Shown piece by piece: positions 41,076 through 52,245 of a stretch of DNA of 64,000 bases (position 1 is the first letter of the stretch; every line of letters begins with the position of its first letter). The position numbers and the translations under genes are program-made. The stretch covers positions 74,276,001-74,340,000 of the forward strand of contig NC_043003.1 of the NCBI RefSeq assembly GCF_006345805.1, written 5' to 3'. The stretch comes from Octopus sinensis. Its lineage: Eukaryota. The notes under the pieces are model-generated. The model made no database searches and had not been told where the DNA came from. It was given only the letters and a program-made list of their open reading frames with translations.

Positions 41076-41939
41076 GATTATATAAGAAAAAAGGTTTGAA
41101 AATGCAATTTAAACGATGTTTATTTACTTAACCGGTTTCACTCTTTGGTAAAAGATCGTCAAAAGTTACATTTAAGGAAACATTGAATAATATGGGTTCA
41201 AAAAAAGTTTTTTACATAATTGTCACATTGAGTATTATGCATTCAAAAAGGTTTTTACATAATGTCACATTGAGTATTATGCATTCAAAAAGGTTTTTAC
41301 ATAATTGTCACATTGAGTATTATGCATTCAAAAAGGTTTTTACATAATTGTCACATTGGATATTATGAATTCAAAAATGTTTTTTTATACATAATTGTCA
41401 CATTACATGTATAGATATAGTGTTTGGTAACAGAGAAGTTCAATAGTGTGATGAGAATGTTTGGGAAAATTTGGCAGAAAAGGATAAAACAAATATATTA
41501 TTGGGAATTGGTTGCGTTAATTATTGGTTGTCGCAAATTGTCACATTACATGTATATATATACAATCTTCGGTATATATATACAGCCTTTTGACAGCAAA
41601 AATTAGAATGGCTTTTTTATACATCTCAGAATATTTTAAGTACAAGGCGAGAATATGTTTTTACTGACCTGTTGGGATTAGCAGAAAGGCTGAACTGAGA
41701 GAACAGAGGAAGTAGCCAATGTGGTGTATACTTCCCCTTTATGCATGAATGATTTTGGGGTTATCAGGAGGTTAGTATGCGGGTGTGAATAGATGTGTTC
41801 GTGCCCGCTGGTCAGATAGCGTCTGTTTGTCACACACATATATACACACACGCACACACACACACAACAACACACACACACACACACACATAGTAAACAA
41901 ACACACACCACATACAAACAACACACACACACACACAGA

Positions 41940-41977
<38 letters not shown>

Positions 41978-41978
<1 letters not shown>

Positions 41979-42489
41979 TGGTAAAACGGTAAGATAACAA
42001 AAGAAAGAAAGAGACATCAATATTATGTAAATAGAGGAAATTTATCTATACAATAATATGTTAAATTACTCGATAGTCAAGATAAAACTCTGAGTTTCAG
42101 ATGCCGAAGTGGGAATCCACGACATATCTTCGCTTATCTGGCTATTTGAAAACGCTATGAAAAAATACCGTTATACAAAGGGAAATTACTGTGTTATAAG
42201 AAGGTTTTTTTTACCTCTTCACACATTCTATCATACATTTTATATATTTTTATATATTTTTTATATATTTTTTATGTATTTTTATATAATTTTTATGGGG
42301 AAAAATGCGAGCGATGAATAACTACGCAGGCAAGCAGAGTTATAACACAGTAATTTCACTTTGTATAACGGTATTTTTTCATAGCATTTTCAAATAGCCA
42401 GATAACCGAAGAAATGTCGTGGATTTCCACTTCGGCATCTGAAACTCAGAGTTTTATCCTGACTATCGAATAATGTAACATATTATTGT
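41978..42489. mobile_element. Inverted repeat (150-bp arms) of a PLE-like terminal repeat, each arm carrying a hammerhead-like motif
   Basis: 42050-42199 is the reverse complement of 42340-42489. Motif gataa-(C/G)CGAAGA-stem-GAAA-ctcagag-tt-ttatc. Confidence 0.75.
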
Positions 42490-42931
42490 GTATATATATA
42501 TATATATTGGTTGGTTGGCATCCTTTTTGTCTCGGGAGACAATGGAGTTGCGCATGTCCATGGCTTTTGGTGCTGGTAGGAGCATCCGCACCTGGGTTCA
42601 TCTCCCTGGCAGGCCTCTCACTGGAGTTTTCTTCCTGGGCGTCTACCAGGTGGGGGTTATCCTCCTCATCAGCGCCCGCATCTCTATCCTTGCCATCTTT
42701 ACTTTGTTCGCGTTTTTCGCTGTCAAAAATGGCATCCAGCGTGTTAATGTGCGATCTGACAAGTGCGTAGGAGGGTATAAATTCTTGCTTCTTCCGCTCT
42801 ATTTGAGCTGACGTCCTTTTGTATCCGTTGTTCTTCAGCGCCGTAACTATATTATTTGGATTTTCTCCGTCAGCGCATTGCCACCCTCGTAGGAACCACG
42901 CCAGTTCGTCACGTTTCCAGGTTCTGGACAT
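42446..42931 (-). pseudogene. Myb/SANT-like (trihelix) ORF fragment joined to an RTE 3' tail
   Basis: MSRTWKRDELAWFLRGW...IVTALKNNGYKRTSAQIERK, then an acidic low-complexity region, then gcgcaactccattgtctcccgagacaaaaaggatgccaaccaaccaa. Confidence 0.55.
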
Positions 42932-43129
42932 TCTTGATATTTTATCTATCTATCTATCTATCTAATTATATTATATTAATTTATATTAATCTAATAGTGC
43001 AATAGGGGGTAGGGAGGAAGTAGAGAAAGAGAGCGTCTATGTACTTAAGGAGAATATATATATATGTATATATGTATATATGTATATGTGTATATATGTA
43101 TATATCTATATGTATGTATATATGTATAC

Positions 43130-43530
43130 TCTTTTACTCTTTTACTTGTTTCAGTCATTTGACTGCGGCCATGCTGGAGCACCGCCTTTAGTCGAGCAAA
43201 TCGACTCCGGGATTTGTTCTTTGTAAGCCCAGTACTTATTTTATCGGTTTCTTTTGTAGAATCACTAGGTGACGCGGACGTAAACACACCAGCATCGGCT
43301 GTCAAGCAATGCCTGGGGTAGAAACACAGACACACAAACACACATATATATATATACATATACACGACAAGCTTCTTCCAGTTTCCGTCTACCAAATCCA
43401 CTAACAAGACATTGGTCGGCCCCTGGCTATAGCAGAAGACACTCACCCGAGATGCCACGCAGTGGGACTGAACCCGGAACCATGTGGTTTGTTAGCAAGA
43501 TACTTACCACACAGCCACTCCTGCGCCTAT
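43130..43530 (-). mobile_element. Full-length tRNA/CORE-type SINE
   Basis: Same family as 29085-29480. Confidence 0.9.
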
Positions 43531-43540
43531 GTATATATAT

Positions 43541-43601
<61 letters not shown>

Positions 43602-43706
43602 ATATATATATATATATATAGTATATATATATGTATATTTGTATATATATATATGTATATGTATATGCATATATGTATATGTATATACATATATATGTAT
43701 ATATAT

Positions 43707-44838
43707 GCATGCGCGAGAGTGCGACTGAGTATGCGCGAAAGTGTGCGTGCGCATGCGCGAAAGTGTGACTGCCCACACGCGAAAGTATGTCTGCGCATGC
43801 GCGAATGTTGCGTTAGCATGCGCGAAAGTGTGCGTGCGCATGCGCAATAGTGTGACTGCGAATGCGCGAACGTGTGCGTGCGTATGCGCGAAAGTGTTAC
43901 TGCGCATGCGGGAAACTATGCATGCGCATGCGCGAAAGCGTGTCAGCGCATGCGCGAAAATGTGACTACGCATGCGCGAACGTGTGCGTGTACGTGTGAC
44001 TGCGCATGCGCGAACGCGTGACTTCGCATGCGCAAACTTTTGCGTGCACATGCGGAAATGTGTGACTGCACACGCGCGAAAGTTTGTCTGCGCATGCGCG
44101 GAAGTGTGTCTGCACATGCGCGAAAGTGTGCGTGCGCACGCGCGAGAGTGTGACTGCGAATGCGCGACGTGTGCGTGCGCATGCGCGAAAGCGTGTCGGC
44201 GCATGCACAAACGTGTGAATGCCCATGCGCGAACGTGTGATTGCGCATGCGTGAACGTGCGAGTGCACATGCGCAAAAGTGTGACTGCGCATGCGCGAAA
44301 GGATGAATGCGCATGCGCGAAATTATGACTGCATATGAGCGAAATTGTGACTGCGCATGCTCGAAAGTTTGACTGCGCAAGCGCAGAAGTGTGTTTACGC
44401 GTGCGCCAATGTGTGACTGCGCATGCGCGAAAATATGATTGTGCGTGTGCGAAAGTGTGCGTGCGCATGCGCGAAAGAGTGACCGCGCATGCGCGATTGA
44501 GCAGACGCACATTTTCGCATCCGCAGATACACGTTCGCGCATGCGCTGACCCGTTGGCGCATGCGTAGTCATATATTCTCGCATGCGCTGACATACATTT
44601 GCGCATGCGCAGACACACGTTCGCGCATGCGCGGACACACGTTGGTGCATGCGCAGTCACACGTTCGCGCATGCTCAGACACATGTTCCCGCATGCACAG
44701 TCACACGTTCGCGCATGCGGTCGCACACATTCCCGCATGCGCACGCAAACTTTCGGGCATGCGCTGTCACATTTTCACGCACGCGCAATCGTACTTTCCC
44801 GCATGCGCAGTCACACTCTTGCCCATGCGCACGCACAC
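43707..44838. repeat. CpG-rich 22-bp minisatellite (gcgcatgcgcgaaagtgtgact)n, inverted at ~44495
   Basis: Units read gaaagtgtgactgcgcatgcgc before ~44495 and gcgcatgcgcagtcacactttc after it. More units at 45317-45402. Confidence 0.9.
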
Positions 44839-44968
44839 ATATATATATACAAGGTAAAATACACTCATCTATTTATAATACATATATATACATATATATA
44901 TATATCATACATATAACGTATATATATACATATACATATACTCATATACAAATATACATATATATAAC

Positions 44969-44999
<31 letters not shown>

Positions 45000-45022
45000 C
45001 ATATATATACATATATATATAC

Positions 45023-45068
<46 letters not shown>

Positions 45069-45411
45069 GTGCATATACATATATACATATACACATACAC
45101 ATATACATATACACATATACACATATACATATATACACATATATACATATACATATATACATATACACATATATAAATACATATATACATATACAATATA
45201 TATATACGTATATATATATATATATATATAATATATATATATATATACATATATATACATATATACATATATATATATACACATACATATATATATATAT
45301 ATATACATATACATAGGCACGCACACGTTCGCGCATGTGCAGACACACTTTCGCGCATGCGCAGTCACACTTTCGCGCATGCGCAGTCACACTTTCGCGT
45401 ATACATTTATG

Positions 45412-45444
<33 letters not shown>

Positions 45445-45448
<4 letters not shown>

Positions 45449-47605
45449 ACGGAACCCCAATTGCCGTCGCTCATCCGAACGGAGAATTCGCCACACAGAA
45501 ACGATTCGGTGGGGGAATGGCAGCGACGAACTCGAACCGGCGACCGGAGAGAACGACGATAACAAACAGTAGGAACAGGCCACAAAGAGAAGACGGCGGA
45601 AGGCATTTGGCTACATTTAACAACGGTTTATAACAATCATTATTACATCAAATACATTTAAAGAAAACAACAGGTATACAACAATTCAAATAAATTAAAG
45701 AAAATACATGCAACAGATCAAAGCATTTATACAGTATGCAGATGCAATATACAATAGTTCGAATCCAATTAAAACAAGTAACGTTCAGATCAAATCACAT
45801 TGAAGTCCTCTTTTTCTACGTTCTTTTACATTTCAACAACTCTTTTTTTTCCTTTATTCACAATGTCTTTTTACCGTCTCATTTCTTTTCCAGCCTTTAG
45901 CACTGTTCTTTATATCACATCAAGTTCTTTACTCAATTCACATTGTTCAATTCTTTTACATAAGTAACACAACTCAATAATCAACACATACCGTACAACA
46001 GCCAATGCCTCACACCGTAGTCCATCTCTATTAGCTGTTTAATCCTATGTTTATGTCTTCCTCAACCCCTCATCCTCTCACTGTCTGCCCGTCGTTCTCA
46101 ACGCTGTCCTGTCACTATCTCGCCTGTCATCTCTCATGACTGTGTGTCTGTCTTTCTCTGCGCTTCCTTCGTAATCCCGTCTGCCATGTTACTACCTCAA
46201 TTTCTCCGGCTGGAACTGATCTACAGACTCACAGCTCCTTTTTATAAGATAGTTTCTTTGACCCTTCCTTGACCGGCAAAAGGGGAGGGGTCTTTCCAAA
46301 AGCCATCACTCTTTCGTGAATCCGACAGAACAAAGGACTATAACTTTACATTGTAGACTTCCAGTCTCCAAGCCAAGCAAAGTAGGTCATAGTAGTGTCC
46401 CTGACTGACCTATTCACACACTACTACCCCCTACCTAAGCTTTGTCGACCCGACAAAAGCACACCAAGCTCGTACCTCCAAGGGCGAGCTCCAGCAAATG
46501 TTCCAGGAACTGGAGGTCCCCTTGGGTGGTTTCTCCTCCGGGGGTCTCACCTCCCACGGCCACCACTTCACCACCGGCCACAGGTTGGCATCTTCCCTCT
46601 GCGGCTTTGGTAAAACCTCCGCCGAGGCCGCGAGGCCTCCTACCAGCCGCTTACAATAGGCGCACCGTCCGAGGGAGTTCCTTAGCTCCTCACACAAGCA
46701 GGGTCCGGCCAATCCTTCACAGTGGCCACCTTCCTCAGGGCTCTACACCCCACGTAGCACTTTGCTGTGCCGTCTCCATTCTGCACAACTAAGGCCGAAG
46801 ACCAGGGACCGTTCCGCCCTTTCACTGTTCCCTGTCGCCGATTTCGCTGCCGTACTGGGACCATCCTCCGCCCCTGCTGCCTCCACAAGCGACGACCGCC
46901 CGGGTCGATGAAACGTTCTGCATTTTCCACCAATATCGAGTGCCAACCAAGCACCGGCGACTCCTTGAGGACCGCTTCCGCAACTGCACAGGTAGACCAC
47001 CATCTCCATCGACTGCGTTACTGTATTGGCAGAACTGGCCCTGCCGCTGGTTCACCATCTGGCACGATTCCTCGATTTGCCCTTTACAAATCGCCTGTGC
47101 CACTTCCAAAAGATCGGCTAACCCAGCCAGCGCTCTGCCAGCTTCTTCCTCTACCAGGGTCCACCAGACCCTCACTTGGGCTTTCACTAGGCACTGCCTG
47201 TCGGGCTCCACCAGCCCCAAGCGGCCATCAAACACAAATCTCACCCAACACTGGAACAGTCTTCCTGGTCTTGGTAGACCTACCACCGTTCGTAGCCGTC
47301 TCGCCTCGTCACCAGGCTTGGTCCTCTTCCTCACCAGCTTCTGCACCGAAGGCTTCCCAGAACGCACGTTCGTCCGACAGTCCTCCTGAGCCCCAAGAGA
47401 CAGGGGCCCAGACACAAAATGACTTGCACACGGCACATCAACCGCAGCGACCACCACACACAGAGCCCTTTACAAATCGCCTGTGCCACTTCCAAAAGAT
47501 CGGCTGACCCAGCCAGCGCTCTGCCAGCTTCTGGCTCAGTACATCTACTCAGCATCTATGCTCCCACTCTCTACAGCTCAGAGGAGACCAAGGACCAGTT
47601 CTACA
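45445..47605 (-). mobile_element. LTR retrotransposon 3' part (LTR 45445-46418, PPT, internal fragment), copy 1
   Basis: Minus-strand LTR TGTGA...TAACA, preceded by purine-rich ggtagggggtagtag. TATA-like tataaaa at ~46240 and AATAAA at ~45855. Short ORF ending WPWEVRPPEE...TKLR immediately before the PPT. Confidence 0.7.
47530..47605 (+). mobile_element. RTE-type APE endonuclease micro-fragment (also at 49720-49795)
   Basis: Translates SGSVHLLSIYAPTLYSSEETKDQFY. Confidence 0.75.
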
Positions 47606-47632
47606 ATATATATATAATATATATATATATAT

Positions 47633-49795
47633 TGTTACGGAACCCCAATTGCCGTCGCTCATCCGAACGGAGAATTCGCCACACAGAAACGATTCGGTGG
47701 GGGAATGGCAGCGACGAACTCGAACCGGCGACCGGAGAGAACGACGATAACAAACAGTAGGAACAGGCCACAAAGAGAAGACGGCGGAAGGCATTTGGCT
47801 ACATTTAACAACGGTTTATAACAATCATTATTACATCAAATACATTTAAAGAAAACAACAGGTATACAACAATTCAAATAAATTAAAGAAAATACATGCA
47901 ACAGATCAAAGCATTTATACAGTATGCAGATGCAATATACAATAGTTCGAATCCAATTAAAACAAGTAACGTTCAGATCAAATCACATTGAAGTCCTCTT
48001 TTTCTACGTTCTTTTACATTTCAACAACTCTTTTTTTTCCTTTATTCACAATGTCTTTTTACGGTCTCATTTCTTTTCCAGCCTTTAGCACTGTTCTTTA
48101 TATCACATCAAGTTCTTTACTCAATTCACATTGTTCAATTCTTTTACATAAGTAACACACTCAATAATCAACACATACCGTACAACAGCCAATGCCTCAC
48201 ACCGTAGTCCATCTCTATAGCTGTTTAATCCTATGTTTATGTCTTCCTCAACCCCTCATCCTCTCACTGTCTGCCCGTCGTTCTCAACGCTGTCCTGTCA
48301 CTATCTCGCCTGTCATCTCTCATGACTGTGTGTCTGTCTTTCTCTGCGCTTCCTTCGTAATTCCGTCTGCCATATTACTACCTCAATTTCTCCGGCTGGA
48401 ACTGATCTACAGACTCACAGCTCCTTTTTATAAGATAGTTTCTTTGACCCTTCCTTGACCGGCAAAAGGGGAGGGGTCTTTCCAAAAGCCATCATTCTTT
48501 CGTGAATCCGACAGAACAAAGGACTATAACTTTACATTGTAGACTTCCAGTCTCCAAGCCAAGCAAAGTAGGTCATAGTAGTGTCCCTGACTGACCTATT
48601 CACAACACTACCCCCTACCTAAGCTTTGTCGACCCGACAAAAGCACACCAAGCTCGTACCTCCAAGGGCGAGCTCCAGCAAATGTTCCAGGAACTGGAGG
48701 TCCCCTTGGGTGGTTTCTCCTCCGGGGGTCTCACCTCCCACGGCCACCACTTCACCACCGGCCACAGGTTGGCATCTTCCCTCTGCGGCTTTGGTAAAAC
48801 CTCCGCCGAGGCCGCGAGGCCTCCTACCAGCCGCTTACAATAGGCGCACCGTCCGAGGGAGTTCCTTAGCTCCTCACACAAGCAGGGTCCGGCCAATCCT
48901 TCACAGTGGCCACCTTCCTCAGGGCTCTATACCCCACGTAGCACTTTGCTGTGCCGTCTCCATTCTGCACAACTAAGGCCGAAGACCAGGGACCGTTCCG
49001 CCCTTTCACTGTTCCCTGTCGCCGATATCTCATCTTTCGCTGCCGTACTGGGACCATCCTCCGCCCCTGCTGCCTCCACAAGCGACGACCGCCCGGGTCG
49101 ATGAAACGTTCTGCATTTTCCACCAATATCGAGTGCCAACCAAGCACCGGCGACTCCTTGAGGACCGCTTCCGCAACTGCACAGGTAGACCACCATCTCC
49201 ATCGACTGCGTTACTGTATTGGCAGAACTGGCCCTGCCGCTGGTTCACCATCTGGCACGATTCCTCGATTTGCCCTTTACAAATCGCCTGTGCCACTTCC
49301 AAAAGATCGGCTAACCCAGCCAGCGCTCTGCCAGCTTCTTCCTCTACCAGGGTCCACCAGACCCTCACTTGGGCTTTCACTAGGCACTGCCTGTCGGGCT
49401 CCACCAGCCCCAAGCGGCCATCAAACACAAATCTCACCCAACACTGGAACAGTCTTCCTGGTCTTGGTAGACCTACCACCGTTCGTAGCCGTCTCGCCTC
49501 GTCACCAGGCTTGGTCCTCTTCCTCACCAGCTTCTGCACCGAAGGCTTCCCAGAACGCACGTTCGTCCGACAGTCCTCCTGAGCCCCAAGAGACAGGGGC
49601 CCAGACACAAAATGACTTGCACACGGCACATCAACCGCAGCGACCACCACACACAGAGCCCTTACAAATCGCCTGTGCCACTTCCAAAAGATCGGCTGAC
49701 CCAGCCAGCGCTCTGCCAGCTTCTGGCTCAGTACATCTACTCAGCATCTATGCTCCCCTCTCTACAGCTCAGAGGAGACCAAGGACCAGTTCTAC
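47633..49795 (-). mobile_element. Copy 2 of the LTR/internal/RTE unit (2188-bp period)
   Basis: Near-identical to 45445-47605. Confidence 0.9.
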
Positions 49796-49818
49796 AATAT
49801 ATATATATATATATATAT

Positions 49819-49851
<33 letters not shown>

Positions 49852-50678
49852 CCTCTCTGCCTGTCTCTCTCTCTGTCTCTCGCTCTCTCTGTCTCTCTCT
49901 TTGTCTCTCTCTCTATATATACATGAATATATGTATTTATATATATATGCGTATATGTATGCATTTGTGTATACCTATATACAGCATACACAGCATCAAA
50001 ACAATAAAATTTAGTTGAAATTTTAAGTTTGAGTGTTATATATTTGTGTGTGGGTGTATGCATCTATCGATAACTATATTACCAAATATAGTTGATACAC
50101 GTCCCCTGATTTTAAATTCAGAAGTAGTCTGAACATTTATATTCTAACGCCGAGTGAAAAACCGAATCATTATATACATACGCCTTTTCATTGGTTCGTT
50201 GATTGAAATTATCTAAAGTATATCTCTTACGCATTGAATACTTTTAGAATTTTCATCAACGGTGTTTACATGTTTATTTGTACTTTGTCTTTAATAAAGT
50301 TTATTTCGCGAATAAATGCTCGTATTCTAATAGCACCTCCAACGAAGACCTAAGTATTTTATTTCTCCTCCACTCTCAACACCAATCAAAATCGATAGAT
50401 TAATCGAGGTGAATGAATATAGGTGAATATGTAGATTGTATGATTCAGGTAAATCGATTATGCGTTGGCTCATTATACTCGCATATATTTTATGGATCAT
50501 AACGTATTTAATGTTCTCCAACACCCCCAGCAACAGCATTACTATTTAGAGAATATCAATCTGAATATAAAAAAAAAATGAATAATAATCATTCGAATGA
50601 TAAAATGTTGTCTCATTCTTTTATGTCTTCTATTTCCTGTTTATATTTCAAACACTCGTTTGCTTATTTTGTTTATTG

Positions 50679-50766
<88 letters not shown>

Positions 50767-50939
50767 ATATTACAGTTGTAATTATAATTTTGGTGAGTCT
50801 CAGGTTTGGTCGTATTTCTGTTAGAGATTATGTGGATAACGTGCTACTACACATAACTTTAGGTATTCACATGTTTAGAAGTCATAAGTCAAAATCCCAG
50901 AGGGTTTTTGCCTCCCTCTTTTCGTCAATTAACTTCCCC

Positions 50940-51420
50940 ACTGTATATTGGTATCAAGCACCCGTTACCACGTATCCATACTTCTGGTAAAGTAGCCACT
51001 GAAGGATTTGGGTTACCTTGTCGTATCTATACTTGTACTCTTTCTGCGCAAGACGTTCACACGCACTAACAATGTGAGTCACGCTTTCGACCCTCTTCCT
51101 ACACATTCTGCAGAGGTCCGTTGCACTTGTGTGGTATATAGTCCTTTTCACTAAGTTGGTATTCAATGCCCGATACTGGGCAGCGATTGTTAGACTTTCA
51201 GTTCTCTTTTTCAGCTTACCCTTGTTGAGCCACCTCCATGATGCTTCCTGGTCTTTTAAGTTGTAGGTTTCACGGTGGGACTGAACATATACTTCCGTAC
51301 GATGTGGAATTACTTCTCTCTCGTTGGCTATTCGAGTTCGGATTCCATTAGCACACTCATACGCATTTTCGTAAATCTTTCTGCATTAGCAGCAAACTAC
51401 AGCAGGTCTTGTTTGCTGTT
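50940..51420 (-). mobile_element. R4/Dong-like LINE fragment (CCHC region)
   Basis: SWRWLNKGKLKKRTESLTIAAQ..ALNT...CRMC....ESVTHIVSAC..LAQKEYK. Confidence 0.85.
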
Positions 51421-51976
51421 TACCAACTATTCTGCCCATCTCTTTGTGTTTCATCCTTACGGAGTCGCTAAAGTAACTACCTGTCAAGAACTGCTATCGA
51501 TATAATCGACTAGCACCCTTAAGTCTTGCGCCTATAATAGAGAGGATTATTATCATTATTATTATTGTTCTTGGAATTGCTACAAAAGTGCGTCTGTTCG
51601 AAACCTCAGGGTATTGTTAAATTTTATCATTTTAAAAGGAATTATTTTAGTATTTTTTGTTGTTTTTTAATAAGTAAACTAGGAATATTAGTTTTAGAAG
51701 GTTTCGATTATCCCTTTGAGTTTTGAATTTGCGTTTCATCTTCCAAAATTTAATAATTTTAAAAGCAACAAAATATGGGCTCAAATTTTTTTGCAAGTAG
51801 ATATGGGAAGGGAAATAAAGATCGAGAGATATTCTTCGTCACTATTTCCCCACCGTTATCAAACGCTATCACACCGCAACCTCTATCACCACTGCTTGAT
51901 GACTAAAAGGACACCATAAAAAATAGCAAGGCAAATAAAATGAAAAACAGTCAGAAGGAAGATGAGAAGAATAACT

Positions 51977-52090
51977 AGGTGCCTAGTGTACCTTATCAGA
52001 CGGGTAGTATTGATGGGTATACTGGGCGTCGTATATCTTAACGCAGTGACACTATGATGACATGCACTGCTCTCTCACTCAATAATAATA
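51977..52090 (+). mobile_element. 3' end of the AAT-associated repeat (cf. 30490-30600)
   Basis: ccttatcagacgggtagt...atgcactgctctctcactcaataataat. Confidence 0.8.
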
Positions 52091-52245
52091 ACATCGAAAA
52101 ATACCTTAGCAATGAGAACCCAGGTTCGAAATTTCCCCAAAACAACTGATGAAGGTTGGAGGGTATATCAGCCGAAACGTTGCGTTACAACAAGAAGCAA
52201 GATGAGGACAAATATCCGTCAATTGTAAATAATATAAATAATGTC
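52090..52245 (+). mobile_element. Body of the hammerhead-bearing SINE (cf. 6125-6277)
   Basis: acatcgaaaaatacctt...CTGATGAaggttggagggtatatcagccGAAAcgttg...gtaaataatataaataatgt. Confidence 0.75.

Noticed and set aside
43527-44744. 405-aa ORF and overlapping AH/RM/CA-rich ORFs
   Set aside because: These are translations of the 22-bp minisatellite, open in several frames on both strands.
46767-47507. 246-aa and 355-aa plus-strand ORFs in the LTR unit
   Set aside because: Antisense to the element and GC-rich, with no recognisable domain apart from the short RTE scrap.
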